Source: Chrysemys picta bellii (taxonomy: Eukaryota). From it: a stretch of DNA of 64,000 nucleotides. The stretch covers positions 42,656,001 to 42,720,000 of the forward strand of contig NC_088802.1 of NCBI RefSeq assembly GCF_011386835.1, read 5' to 3'. Positions within the stretch are counted from its first letter, which is position 1, and each line of letters starts with the position of its first letter. Shown in pieces: positions 60,183 to 64,000 of the stretch. The notes beneath the pieces are model-generated. The model was not told where the DNA came from. It did no database searches and saw only the letters and a list, made by a program, of their open reading frames with translations. Made by a program: the position numbers and the translations under genes.

Positions 60183-63100
60183 ACTGAAAGGCTGCAAACC
60201 ACTTAATGCTTTGTATGCTAAGGGTATGCACAGGGACTATTCTGGAGCCCATGTGACCTTGTGTTCTACTAAGGTCAAAGATCCCAGGCAATTTAAAAGT
60301 TGCTAATAACTCCTGCTGCTCCAAGCAAACAGTGCTGGAGGGCTCCTGAAGAAGGGGACTACCTCTCCTGAACTGCTTTGATCTCTCAGTTCTCGCAATC
60401 TCACGTTTAATAAAAGTGAAGGATTTTGAGAAGTCCCTCAGTGTCTCCTGCTTCAATATTCAAGTTAAACATGCCTAGCAGCATAAACTAACTCCCCTAA
60501 TACTCAATGGGCAGAGTCTTATTTGCTTTATTAACAGACTAATCTATTCTCTCCCTATGCATGCAAGATGCCCTGACATGGGATGACTACCTCCACCTAA
60601 CCTTCTTTAAAAGGGACTAGTTCGCAAAGTTGGGTGCCTCTGCTTAAAACAGCCTATCTATTAATGGAAAAAGTCCTTTTCGGTGACCAGCTGGCCAGAG
60701 ACTAGTGCATCAGCAAGTGAGCTAACCAAGGGCTCTTCGCTATAGGAATGATATTTTATTAGCAAGTGAACCTTCAGGAACAGGAAGTAGCTGTGGTTGC
60801 ATCTGCCCACAACCAGATGTGACCACATCACCAACACAGCTACCAACATGAATAGGAGCTCACAGCATGGGTGGTTGGTGGAGTGATTTAAGAATCCCCA
60901 CATAATGTGACTTTGGTATTAGCTCAGCCATGTCACTAACCCCTCAGAGGCCGGATGTTGAGTATGCTGGTTCATAGGCCAGATCAGAGCTATTGGAAAA
61001 GGCAGGCACTGCTCTTGTCCACTAATTGTTTTCTATGAAAAATATCTTAATTCCAGCAGGGTTTAACAAAACTATAGAAACAGTTGCCCGAACAAGGCCC
61101 AAGAAACTAAAGGGGTGGCACAAAAGTGGAACCATATCATTAAACACAGTGTTCAGATGAACTAGGACTGAGGGGTTCAAACCCACCCAAGCTGTGACTC
61201 TCTGGGAGCATAATGTACTTTAGGAAGAGGACTGTATTATTTTCCTTTGAACATTGTATTCCACCAATCTCACCCCAGTCTAGCAAACTTTCTGGGGTGG
61301 CAGTCTACTGGTGTATGAGGGTGTGTGGGGTTAGTTCCCCCATTCTCACCCTTCTTGTCAGTATAGCTACCCCCCAAGCATTTACAAAAATCATGAATCT
61401 GCCCCCCCCCCCCCCAAAAATGTATCAGATTTTAAATAGTAAGTTACGGGTTTCTCTTTGCCTTCTGATTGCTGAGCCATTAGGGCACACTTCATGTTTT
61501 CACAAGCATGAAGGCGAGAAACTGGCTGTATTTATTTTTAAAGTGAAAACTGATACTCTTACCTAATCACAGACCTCCAGGAACAAAGATTTTTTTAAGA
61601 GGGAACCTCCCCAAAAAACCCACCACCACCCAAAAAAAAATAAATCACAAGTCACGATAAGAGCTGACAACACTGCTGTTCAAAATTGTGGGCAGCTTAG
61701 ATGGGTGGAGGATGTGTGTGTTGGGGGAAGAATCCCAATCAGTTTGCTTGGAAGGCACTTCTACTCCTGCACAAAAGTGTAGCATCTAGAGACAGAGGCA
61801 AGGTACCCCATACTCAAGAAGGGGAGGGAAGGGAAGGTGATCAGATGAGGATACCCCTCATCTGCAGGTCTAGAGGAAAGTTTTATTCCACATCCCCTGG
61901 GTGACAAAGAAGAGTACAGAGCTTTCATTGGCACACACAGGTTGTTTGGCCAGTTTAAGCAGATCAACTTTGAAGTTAAGAGGAAAGGAGAACAGCTTCA
62001 GGTCACATCTGCACAAGGAGCTATGCTATACCACCAGACTCCACTTGCACTGACAAAGCTGTGCTTTTGTCAGTCTAGTTTATCTAAACCCCCACCCCAC
62101 CAAAATCTATACCAGCATACGTACAGTTGTTCGTATATCTACATCTGCACTATCAGGGAATCACACCCATGACTGACACAGCTCTGCCAGCAAGTTTGTT
62201 GTGTAGACAGGGCCTCTACTATTCCTGCCACTACACACTCCCTTCTTAAAGGGGAAGAGGTAGCTCCTGCAATGAGCTTTACTCTTTTGTGGGAAACAGG
62301 GAGGACGACTTGACATAGATGCTCCCTCCTCTACATATGTTTTGGCCTTAAAGAGACCCTTACTGCTGGTGAAAGATGGAAGAATCAACACATGACCCAT
62401 TGGTTTGAAGTATTTAAATACCTTCTCAGCAGCTCTGCTTTTGAGTACGGCCCCTCTGACTGCAGGAGATTCCCCATCAATTGTTCTGATCAAGGAGTTT
62501 CTCAGCTAGTGGCTTCTTTATAAAGGCCTCCCTTCACCGATGTACCTTGTGCCCCCAAAAACACTGTGTGTGTCACCTTCACCTAGCAGGCTCACTGGCT
62601 TCCAGAGTCCTGGATAAGGTGGGACCCAACATCAGTTACTGCATAAACACCCTGCCCTGTCACTCCCAAATGGACTGCAGTCAATAATCTAGCTGGGCAG
62701 AACCAAGCAATGCTGTTTGCTTCACAACCCTCCCCAATTAAAGCAGTTGCTTCCTGAACCCCAGTTGATACCTTCTGCATTGCTTTCAGGTACTACAGAG
62801 CTGGAAGAAGAGTCTCAGGTTTGACTCCTTGCTAGCAATTGACACTTCTTGAGGGCATATGATAAGCACTTCCATCTGCTTAACTCCCACTGAAGTTGAT
62901 GGGGAGTTCTGCATACAGGAGAACTTCAGACCCAAGCTGGCATACAAGTTCAAAGTTAATTGCACAAGGTGCTGGTTTCCAGGGTCACATGCAGGTTTTT
63001 TCCCCCAGTATAATCTCCCAGTAGTTTGGAGAACTCCAGGTTATGGATTATTGTTAAAGCTGGTCAGAAAGTGATAATGTTTCCTAGGGGAAACCCTATG

Positions 63101-63535
63101 GCGGAAAAAAAAATGCTTTTCCAACAAAAAAACAAAGTCTGAGGAAGTGACAATTTACACAAGTTTCCATGGTCAGAAATCTAATTGTCAATTAGTAGAA
63201 GTGGATGGAACATTTCCAGCCAGCTGGGGTTTTGATACTCTGATATAGTCCTTCCCTCTCCTGTACTATAGCCATGCTTAAACGTAACAGGAGACTTTCA
63301 AGTCTCCCCTCTCAGTACCTGAATCTATCTACATCAGTGATTTATGCTCCAGCTATACTGACAGGTGACATCTGCCCCAGCGTGGAGCTCGTGATTCATC
63401 AGCCACTTTATAGGGGGAATCTTCCAATTCTGGAAAAACAGAGAGAAAAGCATTGAGCTACCACCATCTTCAGCGGAGTGACCAACAAGCAGGACAGAGG
63501 TAGTATAGCAAGGACTATGCTCCACTGACCCTTAC

Positions 63536-63615
63536 CCAGTTCTCTGCTTGTGAGCCCACCACCTGGCTCCTGAACTTGTTAATTTTGTTTCCAAACATAC
63601 TGCCCAGCCCAGAGG
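63536..63615 (-). other. Candidate 80-nt exon of an upstream minus-strand transcript
   Basis: tttctctgttgggttctgtcag acceptor, TGG|gtaagg donor; neighbouring acceptor at 63429 and donor at 63701. Confidence 0.3.
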
Positions 63616-64000
63616 CTGACAGAACCCAACAGAGAAATTGTTCAGGGGTTACTCAGACCCACATTTCCTCAAGAGCTTAAAAGTCCTTTCAACATACTCA
63701 CTTCTACCCTTGGGAAACAAATAAACAAAAGCTGCCTTACATGGGAGACACCCCTAGCAACGGGCAGACTCTAGGGATGAGCAGAAGGAGAGCTGCCCTA
63801 TTACAGTTTTAGAGGCTTCCAGCTCTTCTGTGCAATTCTAGACTACCAACTGTAGGCTACCTTTGCAGCATGGAGAATGGTCTCCCCACTCTCCTTCCCC
63901 TGCAAAGAGACTTGTGTTATCAGAAGGTTTATGTTGACCTGTGCATCTGCCTCCCCGCCTCATCCCTCCTGGGGAGCAGTTTGGTAATTACAGGAGGTGA

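Noticed and set aside
60500-63400. LLGL2 3' end or other gene body
   Set aside because: No recognisable LLGL2 peptide; several TTTATT motifs but none assignable

Overview
Vertebrate genomic DNA, most likely turtle (two tortoise PolIII/SINE copies plus CR1, MIR, hAT/Harbinger MITEs and Penelope remnants). Most of the window is the 5' part of an unconventional class XV myosin gene, best matching MYO15B, on the minus strand. I traced 28 frame-consistent GT-AG coding exons from an ATG at 45936 down to 296: a 3.3-kb N-terminal exon, the complete motor, IQ neck and first MyTH4 domain. The gene continues past the left edge. Upstream, on the plus strand, is an unrecognised 312-codon ORF (58544-59482) with a splice acceptor, Kozak ATG and polyA signal; it is the best novelty candidate. 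Five short Penelope-like insertions (40078-55576) carry minimal type I hammerhead ribozyme motifs, and three are palindromes with 12-15 bp target-site duplications. Also present: a fold-back hAT with transposase C-terminus remnants on both strands, many TSD-flanked MITEs, a bipartite CTCF-like site and a double E-box palindrome. All calls are by eye, family names come from recalled consensus features, and no database search was run.
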